From: Eledone cirrhosa
Lineage: Eukaryota
DNA length: 64,000 nucleotides
Assembly (NCBI GenBank): GCA_964016885.1
Contig: OZ024747.1
Coordinates: forward strand, 51,522,001-51,586,000
Direction of reading: 5' to 3'
Notes under the pieces: generated by a model
Seen by the model: the letters and a program-made list of their open reading frames with translations, nothing else
What the model was told of the DNA's origin: nothing
Database searches by the model: none
Part shown: one piece after another, positions 41,741 to 55,835 of the stretch
Layout: each line of letters opens with the position of its first letter
How positions within the stretch are numbered: the first letter of the stretch is position 1
Translations under genes and position numbers: made by a program

Positions 41741-42753
41741 CAGCAAAACTGTACTCTACAACAGATGTATAGTTCTACATCTTACAAATTTGCAAATCTG
41801 CACAATATATATGCATAGGGGACCGAACCATGCGGTTGTCCTTGGGAAAGCATTTTTTATAATGCCTTGCTAACGAGACCATGTGTATGAAACAATAAGT
41901 TGCCGTATAACAATAACATACACGCATGATAATCATATACATACGTACATATACGCACGCATACACACATATATGTTAGAACTGTTCATCGCATATTTAC
42001 CGATCATCAGATATGTCGTGGCATAAAAAGAAGAATAAATATAAACATGTATGTACCTATACGTTTATATATAATAACCAAACTTATAGTCACGCCGTGA
42101 TCATAGGACAGGTATATAATACATTGCGTAAGAGTGTTGCATATAAGTATTTTAGGAATTAGCAATCAAGGAATTAGGTCAAAATTGATATTAAGATTCT
42201 TCATTTTGTTGGGTTGGCTTTTATGTGACACAAAACAATTCACGCGTTCAAGTTCTTCTATCTTGGATCCTATTTCCATTCATGCCAAGCCAAACATATT
42301 AGTGAAACAAGATTTCTAGAGCGCCTAATCCATATCTTACGTTCTTGTATTTTAAGCTGTGATCATGTCATAGTTACGCCAGTAGCCGTTAATGAATGCC
42401 AAACAGTAGTGTTTCAGGATTAGTATTCATCTTCAGTGGCATTTATATTCACTCGGTACTGAGGCAAAATAAACTATTTTTTATAAATATTTTGCCCATG
42501 GTATCCGGAAGGAGATGCGGATATAGTGCAGTCTTGCGGGTGTTGATCTAAATTATGAGGAGCATTAACATGACATTATTCATAATAAACGTATATATGA
42601 AATTATATATGTTTATGCATCATAAACATATATAAGTCTCGAAATGATCCATATATTCCTACATAATTTCTGAGTTCATTTCTTACTTCTTGAGATATTT
42701 GCGTACTTAATCACCATCGACATCGTCAAACTCATCTTTATTATCATCCTTAC

Positions 42754-43168
42754 TTCTGAGTTCAAATCCCGCCGAGGATAACTTTGCATTTCATCCTTAC
42801 GAGGTCGATAAAATAAAGTTTCCAGTAATACACTGGGTAATTGCTGGCCTTGTGCCAAAAGTAGAAACAATTATTATTTTTAGATTGGCAGTATCAGTAG
42901 AGGGTCGGACAACATGCTTTGCAGCATAGAGTTATGTCCCTTTATGGTCTGAGTTCAAATCCCGCCGTGGTTAACTTTGCCTTTCATCCTTACGGGGGCC
43001 GATAAAATAAAGTACCAGTAATACACTGGGATAATTGCTGGCCTTGTGCCAAATATAGAAACAATTATTATTTTTGCGGGGAATTGGCAGTATCGGTAGA
43101 GAGTCGGACGTCATGCTTTGCAGCAGAGTTACGGCCCTTTACGGTCTCAGTTCAAAGAAACAATTATT
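42754..43168 (+). mobile_element. Three tandem SINE family 1 copies (truncated or deleted)
   Basis: Copies at 42754-42875, 42883-43070 and 43077-43168, each ending agaaacaattatta. Confidence 0.85.
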
Positions 43169-43795
43169 ATTTTTATTCTTTCCTTTTCCTTCAGTGTTGT
43201 TTCTGTTATATGCCGAGTGTCTTCCTGACACCTAGGGCAATAAACCCACTGTATACATTGGTAAGCCAGTTAACACACCACATTGAATATCATTTACAGC
43301 TTAACATTCTTGCAGAGGCATATCCTTCTTACAGAGATAGTGCTTTACTCACACACACACACACGCATGTGCGTACACACATACACACATCCCCACAAGG
43401 AGGATATCATTCTTACAGAGATACTGTTTTACTCACACACACACACATCTCCACAAGGAGGGGTGTCAATCTTACAGAGATAGTGCTCTTCTCAATACGT
43501 GTGCAGTTCCAGTGAAAACAATTTTTGCACCTTTTGCAGAGAAGGTAAACCAGGAATCATTCGCAAATACTGTTCTGTTCCTTTCTTGATCATTCCCAGT
43601 GCTCCCACAATCACTGACAATATAACCGCCTTGTGATGCCACACTATTATTATTGTTATTATTATTGTTGTTGTTGTTGTTGTTGTTGTTCTCATCATCA
43701 TCATCATTATTGATAAAAAAATGTTTGAAGCATTGCGAAATTGTAATTGAATAAAGAAGGCCGCAAAAATGCCAAATTTGCATTGTTGCGGTTTT

Positions 43796-43951
<156 letters not shown>

Positions 43952-44489
43952 ATGAGAATGAGAAATATAAAAAGATAGATATAGATATATATAGATCTAT
44001 GAAGTTATACCGCTCATACAAATCCAATTATCTTTCAATTAAAGATCTTAAATTTTTTTATTAATATATTGCCAAAATTATCTTCTTATGTATTATATTG
44101 ATTTCATTTGAGGAGGAATAAGGCCAATGTTTGCGGGAAGATCGATATCACTGATTGAATCAACTCCAATTGTATATAGCCTTTGAATGAAGATGACACT
44201 GACAGAATTCGATCTCGAAATACCAAGTTCAAATATTAACTAAATATTATTTAGGCACGTTAGTGATAGCTCATTTATTACATTATTTAGAAATATATAT
44301 TCGATGTGGAACAAGATTTTAGTTATTTCGCATTTTTCTGGCAAATACGTGAAACGTATAAGGCCATGTTTTCTTCAATTCTGAACTTATGAGTGAAAGT
44401 TTTGCTTCACTGTGTTTTGGAACGTCCATTATGATGACATAGGCTCTTGATGTTTAATCTAAGAAATTGCCTGTTTTTGAAACTTGCAA

Positions 44490-44730
44490 TTGACTGAGAG
44501 TACCAGAGACAAGTGTATCCAAAGTGTAGTTCTCAGAGAAATTACGCGTGACACAGTATATGACAAGGCTAGACCTTGAATTACAGATACAACTAATTAT
44601 TTTCTAGGTGAGTTGACTGAAGAAACGTGAAATAAAGTGTCTTGCTCAAAAATATAATGCACCAACGGGAATCGATCTCATCCCATTACTATCAGGAACC
44701 AAATACCCCAACCACTAAGGTAAGTGACTT
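44490..44730 (-). mobile_element. SINE family 2
   Basis: aacgtgaaataaagtgtcttgctcaa and gttctcag.ga.att shared with 53172-53487. Confidence 0.6.
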
Positions 44731-45063
44731 CTTAATTGAAGCGTATTTAATAATAAAATACAATGAATTTCGTGTTCAACGGTGATAGCAAGCTCCCTAT
44801 TTATAATCCGGAGTGTGACATCAATAGATTCTAATAAACGCTCCATGATATTTTCCATGTCATACAATCATAACATTGTCTAAAAATAGTTAACTGTTCA
44901 CTCCCCACGCTTCAACCTCCACTCTGCCAGTGGTTCACTTTTAACCAACACACAATTCCTCCTTTACCGCAATGAACTATATTATGCTATATTTTATTTA
45001 ATACGTAATTAATATAGTTTTAGTGTCACTACATACTTGCTTATCCGGACTGTGTTTCCTTGA

Positions 45064-45102
<39 letters not shown>

Positions 45103-45120
45103 TTATCTATCTATCTATCG

Positions 45121-45680
45121 GGCTATGTAGAACGACTATTATCGCGGGTGGGACCAATCCAGTTGACCACCGAGTCCATTGTCATGATCAAACCGCCACC
45201 CTTCTTCAAAAACGAAGGAAAGGTGGTTTTCCTATGTGTTATGGCTATGGTGAAAGAGGTTATATGGTGGACGAGGTTAAAAGGGCTGAGGTGAGACACC
45301 TTTCTCTCCGGCGAGCAACTGATTCGTTTTTTCAAATATCATTTTGGAAGAAGAATCAGGGTGGGGAGAGAGGTGTTGTACCCCAGCAAATTTTATAAAA
45401 GGTGGGTGAATGTGGCAAGAATGGCCCGAGTGGTTGGGCCTTCTCTCTATATAAGCCTGTAGGTTGAGGAAAAAGAGGAAGAGAGAAAAGGAGTACTCAC
45501 TCTTGGTGCTCCTGGAGATGAGGGTTGTACATTTTTTCGGGGTGTGTAACGCCTCCCCCCTATTGGGATTTCAATTGTTATTTGTTATTTTATTAATAGT
45601 TTTATTTTCATATACCTGTATGTAAACTCCCCATTTTTATTTGTCCCCTTCTTTTGTCCCCTTGTGGCTAATAAAGAAAT
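45121..45680 (+). mobile_element. 5'-truncated Tx1/L1-like LINE 3' end in (TCTA)n
   Basis: Homologous to 49765-50360; ends aataaagaaa-(TCTA)n. Confidence 0.85.
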
Positions 45681-45683
45681 CTC

Positions 45684-45741
<58 letters not shown>

Positions 45742-45927
45742 GACCGGACGTGCGATAGATCGACGGTAAGTTTTTGTAAAATTTTTTATACAAAATTTAT
45801 ATTGTTTGATAGATTAACACCCAGGCTGAATTGTCAGCTGGGTGGTAATCTCAGTTTAAGCCCCTGTGGGGCGAAAATTGAATTAAAAAAATTATTGAGA
45901 AGTTTTAAAATTTTCCTAACTGTAACA

Positions 45928-46605
45928 ATGTGTGACTTAGACAGCGTTGACAGCGAGAAGAGAGGGAAAGAGGCAGATATAAGCGTTATATCTCCCTCTA
46001 CTTCCATAGAAGTATCTATGGAGACAAACAACAACAACAATTCGTTTCGTAAAGAAATGGATATTTGCACAACAAAAGATGAAAATAACAGCCCAAAACA
46101 GACACCAAAAAATACAGAAAATGCAGAAATTGAAACAATTTGAAAAAAACTGAAAAAACAACATTCGCACAGACTGTAATAAACAAAACAGAATATAAAG
46201 AGTTGGACATCAGCAATTCAAAACAGATGTTGTCTGATGCGAAACAATGTATAACATTTGAAGAAAAGGGTGAATTTCATATAAACTCACCCTTGGAAAT
46301 TAAACAAGAAACAGTTCGGAGAACGGTAACCTTCAGAACTGTCTCAAATCAAATAAAAATACCGGTATTCCTCGGTCAAGTGGAAATTGAAACCACATTG
46401 AAAGCGGCTCTGCCGGACATTGATTTTATGCAGAGGGCCAGACTATATGGAAGTATTTCGGTACTTTTTAAAAGTGAGGCCCTCGCACAAAAGCATTCTG
46501 TTACACCAGTCATCACAAAAACACACACCTTTTTCCCTACTTACATGGGAAAAAGAACACAAAAAATTAAAATAAATAATATACCATCAAACATCAACAT
46601 TTCGT
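45928..46605 (+). pseudogene. LINE ORF1 relic
   Basis: MCDLDSVDSEK... then frameshifted TFAQTV...RRTVTFR...YGSISVLFKSE...PTYMGKRTQKIKINNIP, positioned upstream of ORF2. Confidence 0.65.
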
Positions 46606-49118
46606 GGACCCGGAGTGTAGATTGGTAGTCCTAGACGTGAACAGTATTGGAGGTGGATCCTTCAGACTGGTGGCCGTTTATGCCCCGACCGGGCAATCAC
46701 AATCGCGGCCAGACTTCCTTGAGCGTCTAGAGTCTTTTCTGGGAACGTCTCGCTCCTTGCTTTTAGTGGAGGACTGGAATGGTGTTCTAGATGCACGATG
46801 GGACTATGTGGGAACATGTCCCAGTAGAGTGGGGTGCAACAGCCTCAAAAATCTAATCGACCAATTCCAACTGGCCGATAGATATCGACTAGATATCCCG
46901 ACTGCACCACAGTGGACGTGGGCAAACCGCAGCGGGACATCTAGATCGTATCTAGATAGGTTTTTCATTAGAGAGAAGGACAAGAAGATGTTAAGCTGTC
47001 CACAAATGCACATGGTTGCCCATTCAGATCACAAACTAGTCGTCTGCATAGTCAACCGTGATAGAATACATAGACAAGGACCCGGGTACTGGAAGCTGAA
47101 CGTGTCGTTGCCGGCATGAAAAGCCTATAGTGAACGGATAAGTAGATTAGTTAAGCAAGAGTTGACGAGAGCCATCGACAACAATACATGGTGGTACTCT
47201 CTCAAGAGAGCAATTAGAGTAGAATCGATAGGGTTTAGCAGAGAATTAGCTTTAGAGAAAAACAAATCAGAAACAGAACTAGTAGCCAAGGTAGAAGAGG
47301 TGCTTAGGAGTGGCAAAGCAGCTGGAGTGCTAGCATCGAGAACGGCACTGGAACAGTTCTTCGACGCGACACACGAAGGCTGCATGGTCAGAAGTAAATC
47401 ACGTGCTCTAGGAAACGAGGGAGCAAAAGCTGTTGGCTGGGCCCAAGTGGCAGAAGCGAAAAGTGGCAACAAGTCCACGATTCGGTCTATGAAAGACCAA
47501 AATTGACGCGTGCTACTTGACCCCAAGCAGATATGCGCGGCCTTTCAGCGGCACTTTGCGCGACTGTTTGAGCAGAACAATGGTGCACCGAACGGGGCAA
47601 TGGACTTTGGTTCATACCTCGATGGCCTGCCGCGTCTCTCGAGCATGGACGCCGAGTTCTGCGAAAGACCGATCACAGCCACTGAGATACGGGACGCTCT
47701 GGGCATGCCGGACTTGTTCTCTGGCATCCTCGAAGCCGTCTACTGCAATTGGCAGCAGAACGGGACAATTCCCAGTTCTGCAGGCAAGGGCGTAGTAAAG
47801 CTGATCAGGAAAGACGAGAACAAGGGGGACGAAATGAACGATTTCAGGCCTATAACTCTACTCAAGACAGAGTTAAAGATTTTAGCCAAGTTGCTAGTAA
47901 CGAGGCTGGCGCTTGTCGTCGAAAACCTGTTAGGGAAAGCGCAAACGTGTGCAATCCCGACCAGGTCCATACACGACAACCCCCACCTCATGCGATACAT
48001 CATAGAGAGGGTGAGGTGTAAACCCGGCTTCGCTGGGGCTCTGATCAATTTAGATCAGTCTAAGGCATTCAATAGGGTCGACCATCGATACTTGGAAGCG
48101 GTTCTCAAGGCGGCCGTTTTCAGAGGTTGGATCAAGGCGATGCACACCAGCATCTGCTCGAGGATCAAAGTGAACGGCTACCTATCGGAGCCGTTCGCAA
48201 TCACACTTTCCATTCGACAGGGATGCCCTTTCTCCTCCATTCTGTACGTATTGACTCTAGAGCCACTACTGCGGAAGTTGGAGCTTTTGCAGGGCATCCC
48301 TTTAGAACCGGGACTGCGAAATGCGGCGTCGGCTTATGCCGACGACGTGAGGGTAATGGTGAGGAAAACTTCGGAAATCGAGTTAATCGACAACCTACTA
48401 CAGGTATACGAAAGGTTCACAGGAGCAAAACTGAACCCGGACAAGTCTGTCGGTTTGCAACTCGTAATGTGTAGATGCAAACTGATGCTGTCCGAGAGCA
48501 ACGTCGGACGCTGGACGGAAGGACGGGTGAAATTGCTTGGGGTCCGGTTCGGTCCAGACCTCCAGGTGGAGAAAAACTGGAACGATGTCATGGCCAAGGT
48601 ATTTGTGCTCACCCAGAAGTAGGCAGAGTGCAAACTGCCTTTGAAAGGTCGAGCGGAGGTGGCGAACACTTTCATAGCGTCCGTCATCTACTACTGCTTG
48701 ACTGTCGTGCCTTGTTCCCGTGAATATCTCACCAAGATGGAAGACATGCTCTTTCAGTTCCTGTGGAAGAAGCAGGCTCCACCGGTGAGGAGATCCGTCT
48801 GTTGTCAACACCCTTCCAACGGAGGGCTGGACATGCCTTGGCTAATGATGCACAAACATGTGCTAAGGCTACGACATCTCTAGGTATTCCTCACCGACCT
48901 ACCGGTGTGGGCACCGTTTGTGAGACAGGCCTTCCCACAACTTGTTGCGCTGAAGGAGTTGCAGTCCTGGGTCAAGCGAAGACCGAAGAAGATTAGCGCC
49001 TGGCACATTAAATACGCCCAGGCCCTCACAGTTCTCTGTCAAGCGGGCGCAGCAATCAGTGGAGACTCTACTTCGACATTCTATAGAGGGTTAGTACTTT
49101 ACAAGTGCGACGACGGTT
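46604..49118 (+). pseudogene. LINE ORF2 relic (APE endonuclease plus reverse transcriptase)
   Basis: RLVAVYAP, EDWNGVLD, WTW..SRSYLDRFF, HSDHKLV, GPGYWKLN; FRPITLL, LDQSKAFNRVDH, IRQGCPFS, SAYADDV, KLLGVRF, GGLDMP. Several stops. Confidence 0.93.
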
Positions 49119-49349
49119 AAAGAAAAGAGCAAAAGGAAGAAAGGAGCACTTGCACAACACGCTCCTGAAGTTGAGGATTGTTCTATCGACGGGGCATTAA
49201 ACAACTCATTTGTGGCGCCTCCCCCCTATTGGGGTATTCGATTGTTATAATTGTTTGTTTCAATATTTTTACAAGACTGTATGTAAAATCCCCAACATGT
49301 GTCTTTGTATTGTCCCCTTTTCTGGTGCGCCCTTGCGGCAAATAAAGAA

Positions 49350-49380
<31 letters not shown>

Positions 49381-49384
49381 AATC

Positions 49385-50360
49385 TACTGGCACCTTGAGT
49401 GCGTACAGGCGCTCACAGCCCTCTACCAAGCGGAAACGGCAATCAGCGGAGACTCCACTTCGACATTCTATAGGGGATTAATGGGGGATAAGTACGACGA
49501 CGTTCTCGGGGAAAACCTAGGCATCGAGGAAGACGAACTGACCAGTTTGTTCGGGAGGACTTTCCGTCCAGGGCCTATGGATAACTTCCAGAGGTCTCTG
49601 GCCTGGCAGTGCTACCGATGAGCTCTACCAGTTCGATACAAAATCTACAGGCACGGACGCCCTGGCAGAGATCCTGCCAAAAGGACCTGTCCAAGATGCG
49701 AGCAGGACATCGAAACCGCTCTGCACGCAATTGTTCAGTGCCCAGGGGTGACCGACCTGTGGAATTATGTCAAACAGCTACTGTCACTTGTAGGACGCAT
49801 CCAGTTGTTAGCCGAGTCCATCGTGAGGATCACCCCGCCGCCTTCATTTAAGAATGAAGGAGAGGCAATCTTCCTCTGTCTGGTCGCTATGGCGAAAGAG
49901 GTAATATGGTGGACGAGGTTAAAATGACTTAGGGCAAGCACCTTTCTCTCCGGACAACAACTGATCCCCTTCTTTAAGTACCCCTTCAGAAGGAAGGTGA
50001 GAGTGGATAGAGAGGTGCTACACCCCAGTAAATTCGCTGAAAGGTGGGTGAATGTGGCGAAAATGGCCCGAGTGAATGGGCCTTCTCTGTATATAAACCT
50101 ATAGGTTGAGGAAGATAAATAGAGGGAAGACGGGGACACCTACAAAACCTGTTCCTGGTGTTGAGGGTTGTTCTATTCAAGGGATGTAAAACAACCCCGC
50201 AGTAGCGTGAACCCCCTCCGCCGCTTAATGGGGATTTTAATTGTTTTATTTTTATATAGTTTATTGTCATTTATCATTGTTAAAGATTTTATGTAAAACC
50301 CCCGCCGTCACGACTTGTAACGTCCCATTTTTGTACGCCCCTGTGGCAAATAAAGAAAGA
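49385..50360 (+). mobile_element. Second 5'-truncated Tx1-like LINE copy (zf-RVT region plus 3' UTR)
   Basis: FQRSLAWQCYR, CPRCEQDIETALHAIVQC zinc knuckle, 3' aataaagaaa; starts immediately after a (TCTA)n run. Confidence 0.88.
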
Positions 50361-50531
50361 TATATATCTGTCTCTCTGTTTGTCTATCTATCTATCTGTC
50401 TATCTATCTATCTATCTATATGTCAGTCTGTCATTCTGAGTCTCTCTCATCTACTATCTCTTTATGTAGGAATTTATAAACCTATTATTAAATATGTCTA
50501 AACCAAAGTGTATAAACATTTATGAACGAAC

Positions 50532-50562
<31 letters not shown>

Positions 50563-50814
50563 TGTATGTATGTATGTATGTATGTATGTATGTATGTGTG
50601 TATGTATGTATGTGTGTATGTATGTGTGTATGTATGTATGTATGTATGTGTGTATGTATGTACGAATGAAAGCATCTATTCATGTAAGAATGTATGTATT
50701 GATTCATGGTTGTATGTATTCATGTATGCGTGTATGTTTGTTTATATGTATATATCTGTATAAATATGCATATATTTTGAAATTATAACGTTTTTGAATA
50801 CGTGGCTATATATA

Positions 50815-50897
<83 letters not shown>

Positions 50898-51083
50898 CAC
50901 GTGAACGTCCACATGTGTGTATGAAAGTGTTTTCATATTTGAATGTGGATAGTATATCTTGTGTGTGTGAGTGGGGGTGGGGTGTACATACATATGTATG
51001 TATGTATTGTGTTCATTCATAGCTGCATATATGCTTATATATTCCCACGCATACATATATATATATGTATATATGCATATATA

Positions 51084-51407
<324 letters not shown>

Positions 51408-52276
51408 TGTCTGTAGATATAGATATATTTATATATATGTTTATAAAGAAATTTACGCAAACATGTATATACATACACACATATATATATATACACACAC
51501 ACGTAAATATATATATATATACACCGACACACATACACATATGTACACATATATATACACCGACACACGCACACATATGTACACATATTTATACATATAT
51601 ACATATGTGTATGCACATACCTGTATATTTAAATCTAATTTCATATTTTCATATATACACATACAGTAATATATGTGTGTGTATGTTTGTGTGTTTAGTG
51701 TTAACATATGAGAATGTAGGTGTGTGAGTCTAGGAGAGAGATTGTCTGTAATCAGATTATCTACAATGCCACCGGGGTTAGCTTTCTTTAGCCTCATCAC
51801 TAAAAATAAAAGCCACTACAACCTGTTAATACCTCCTTCCATCTTTTTTTTTTTTCTCACCTTCTCTACTCCTTCCATCTCTTTTCATCTGCTACTATTA
51901 CTACTACTTCTACTACTACTTCCTCCAGTTGCCTTACTCGCCTTCCCTCTCGTCCTCCTTTCCTCTCTGGATTATTTCTATTTCCTCTCTGGCTTTGACT
52001 TTTACTTATCCGTGATAAGTCCAGCCAAGCGTGACTTAATGTGAAAATCAGTTCCTATAACGCGGTGCAGACTTCCTTTAGTACGTAGGTCAAGGTGTAT
52101 GTTTATAGACAAAGGACTTTTATTCCTGCACAGTTTCAGAAATTCCTTTCACGACATGGATTAGAAAACTAGCAAAGGTTTTTTGTTGTTGTTGTTTTAT
52201 TCAACATCGTGTTGTTAGTATTGTTAATTGTTATAGGAAGTAAATCCATTATCACAGTTAAACGTTATATATGTAG

Positions 52277-52458
52277 GGATTGGCAGTATCGGTAGAGCGT
52301 CGGACGCCATGCTTTGACGCATAGAGTTACGGCCCTTTCCATTCTGAGTTCAAATCCCGCCGAGGTTAACTTTGCCTTTCATCCTTACGGGGTCGATAAA
52401 ATAAAGTACCAGTAACACACTGGGTGATTGCTGGCCTTGTGCCAAAAGTAGAAACAGT
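52277..52458 (+). mobile_element. SINE family 1
   Basis: A/B boxes plus central domain and tail. Confidence 0.85.
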
Positions 52459-52473
52459 TATGTATGTATTAGT

Positions 52474-52736
52474 CAGGGTTGGATTTAAACCTTGCAGAGC
52501 CCGGGGTACTCCAGGTTTGGGGTTGCTCCTCATACACACAAAATTAGAAAACAGAGCAAACAAAAGTTATACATACATGCATTAAGTTAAAAATTCTAAA
52601 CATTCTAAAAAGCCCAGCTGAGGGCACAAATAAATTGCTACGGATGTTGCTGGTAGGGCCCCGCACTACAGGGGTCCGGGTTAATTGCCACCAACGCACC
52701 GCCCCCCCCCCCCTCTCCCCATTAAATGCGGTGCTG
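52474..52736 (-). mobile_element. hAT-like MITE
   Basis: cagggttggattta ... taaatgcggtgctg; imperfect TSD gtattagt/gttgtagt. Confidence 0.7.
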
Positions 52737-52979
52737 GTTGTAGTACATGTAAATAAAAAAGCCAGCCTGGTCACAAATTGTTTCACGATGAATCTGATTA
52801 AGAACTATGGTACAAGTACTCGCGTCTATGTATAATACTAAACCACTTTAACATTAACTTCGTGAGCAGGCCGTTAGGGTAGATCAAACTATTGGAACAC
52901 TCGTCAACGGAGATTCAACATTGATTCAATACACACAGTATGAAATATATAGAGTACAAGTATAGATGCATTATTGTAC

Positions 52980-53127
52980 TTGACGCATAGAATTACGGCC
53001 CTCGCCATTCTGAGTTCAAATCCCGCCGAGGTTGACTTTGCCTTTCATCCTTACGGGGTCGATAAAATAAAGTACCAGTAATGCACTGGGTAATTGCTGG
53101 CCTTGTGCCAAAAGTAGAAACAATTAT
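52980..53127 (+). mobile_element. SINE family 1, 5'-truncated
   Basis: B box, central domain and tail. Confidence 0.82.
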
Positions 53128-53171
53128 TGTACAAAGGAATAATACTATAATGTAGTTACTGTATGAAAAAC

Positions 53172-53487
53172 TGAGGCACTCCGTCGGTTGCGACGATGCG
53201 TGTTCCAGTTGATCCAATCAACGGAACATTCTTCTCATGAAATTAACGTGCAAATGGCAGAGCACTCCACAGACACACGTACCCTGAACATAGTTCTCAG
53301 GGAGATTCAGCATGACACAGAACGTGACATGGCTAGCCATTCAAACTACTGGTAAAACTTTTGCCAGCCTAGTTGACTGGAGCAACGTGAAATAAAGTGT
53401 CTTACTCAAGGACACAAGGCGCTGCCAGTAATTGAACACAAAGCCTTACGATTGTAAGCTGATTACCGTAACCACAAAGCCACGCAA
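53172..53487 (-). mobile_element. SINE family 2, best-preserved copy
   Basis: Minus strand: gcgtggctttgtggtta..cttacaatcgtaagg..gtgttcaatt, then CORE-like tgtgtccttgagtaagacactttatttcacgttgctccagtc, and 3' ccgacggagtgcc. Confidence 0.75.
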
Positions 53488-53681
53488 GAAATATAATATA
53501 ACATAGAAGTCAATTATCTTAAGTCTGCACTATCTCTTGGTTATTATAAAAGTTATACCTTGATGTGTCAACAACTCTGTATGGCCGAGTAGTAAATAAT
53601 TTCTCTTCGTAACTCTGAGATTTGGGGATTTATATCATTACATGGCATCTTGTAGAAGTGTCACGTGCCATAACCTCAAAC

Positions 53682-53960
53682 CAGGGCCGGATTTAATGGG
53701 GAGCTAAGGAGGAAATTGCTCCGGTCCCCCCGAAATGGGGAGGGGCGCACCAGCGACGGCCGTAGCAATTTATTTGGGCCCTCAGCTTATCTTTTTAGTT
53801 TTATGATGGTTAGACAATTTTTAATTTGATATCTGTATAACTTTTATATGTAAAATTGCGAGCTTTGCTGTGTATTCTCATTTTTTTTGTGTGTATGAGA
53901 CCCCCCACCCCAATCCTGGAGTACCCCGGACCCCACAAGGTGCCTCAGAGCGATCCGGGA
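53682..53960 (+). mobile_element. hAT-like MITE, right end decayed
   Basis: cagggccggattta TIR; internal gacggccgtagcaattt shared with the other copies. Confidence 0.7.
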
Positions 53961-54304
53961 TTTGTCAGCAAAATTGGTAGACGGAAATTGTTTGGAAGCG
54001 GTTGGTTGAAATATACTGCTGGTTTGAACGGCCACCCTTGTCCCACTCTGTGTCACGCTGAATCTCCCTAAGAATCACATTAAGGATGCATGTATCTATA
54101 GAATACACAGTCACTTAACAAAGAGGAATCAGTACACTCAGTTGTTTATCACTCCATGATACCGGGATAATCTCAAAGGTGGAAAAACGGGCATAAATCC
54201 AATGGAAAATATTGTTTTCAAATTGAGAGGTTTTTTTTTTCTCATATACTTTAGTAAATATATAGTTAGTCAGTGAATAGGTAGAACATTGTAAAGGTGC
54301 GTCG

Positions 54305-54582
54305 CTCACATGTAAGGTTAATCGGCTCACGATCGTAAAACCATGAGTTTGATACCCGGCGGTGCTTGTGTCAAAGAGCTGTTGCTCCAGTCCACTCAGC
54401 TGGCAAAAATGTGTGGTACCTGTAATTTGAAGGACCAGAGTTATTACATTCTGTCTCATGCTGAGAGCGATGTTAAGGGCCTACATGTCTGGGAAATGCT
54501 CACATTAATTTCACGTGGCGGGGTTGTTCCGTTGATCATATCAATTGGAATACTCTTTGTCGTAACCAATGGAGTGCCAGTT
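54305..54582 (+). mobile_element. SINE family 2
   Basis: ctcacgatcgtaa...gttgctccagtccactcagctggcaaaa...tgttccgttgatc...ggagtgcca. Confidence 0.65.
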
Positions 54583-55743
54583 TTTAGCTAGGTAGAACTG
54601 TAGAAAGTAGGGGAAATGTCTTGAAATATTTGAACTGACTCGCTGCGTTCTTAGTTCCAATCATGCTGAGGTCAACTTTGCCTTTCATAGTTTCGGAATC
54701 GATAAAAAAGTAACTGTACATAGCAGTACATTGATGGAATTGCCAGTGCAACCTGCGTAATTGGTTGTGTTTTGTGTTCAAATCCTTCTCTGTCCTCCTT
54801 GGATGATTTAACACTACCTCTTGGCCGTTGAGTTCTTCTAGCTGAGTTCATTCTTTTGCAAACCTATAGCTAGGTCTCTGGTTTGAGGTTATCTTCCTAA
54901 TTCCTCCCCACACACACTCATACCTACACGCTCATTCATTCACTTTTTACACCAATCTCGGAGTCCCTGAAAAGGGTCGACTGCATTGCCCTTCCCTCGC
55001 TGACTAAACTGTAAAAATGTTTCAAACCAAGATTTAATTAACTTCAATCATAAAAGTTGGATGACTCACACAAACATTGCTGAGATAAACACATTTGAAG
55101 ATCTAAATCTCTTAAAAATCATAGTCATGTATTTCATTTTGTGCAATGTGTTTGTTAATGTATTTCATAGAATATACAGTAAATAGAGGCGGAAATATTG
55201 AGATGAAGCTTGGCTTACGAAATCGAATATATTTACATTTATAATCACTTTTGATGTATCTATGTCAGAACACAATTCTAACGGTAGGGTGTTTATCTAG
55301 CTGTCGGAAACAAGTTCCAGATAAATTTCAAAATGTTAATTACTCTAGACTTGTGTCCTGTTCCAGGGCAGTATTTATTTCCAATTCTCTTGAAACAAGA
55401 TCTAACCAGCAACTCTTTTGCAACATTACTTTGACATGTTTATATTTACAAAATATAATAAAAACAACCCTAACAACAGGCCTTTTATATTTTATCTATT
55501 TCTCTGTGATCTTTCTGGTTTTTATATTTATTTTCTAAATTTTCTTCTCAAGGTGACATTAACTATACAGAATTAAATAAAACATATTATGGCGAGTGCT
55601 TCGAGTAATCTCTATCAGAACTTCGTTAATCTACACCAATATGTTAGTTTTAGGAGTTCTGTAAATGTTTAGAAATAATTTGCTGTTATCTGAAGTCTTA
55701 CACAGAAACACGCATATACAGATGCAACCGCACATGAAAGCAA

Positions 55744-55835
<92 letters not shown>

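Larger units (their letters stand above)
45741..49350 (+). mobile_element. Tx1/L1-clade non-LTR retrotransposon, internally deleted, in (TCTA)n
   Basis: 5' UTR, ORF1 relic, APE and RT relics, and a 3' UTR ending aataaagaaa-(TCTA)n. Confidence 0.9.
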
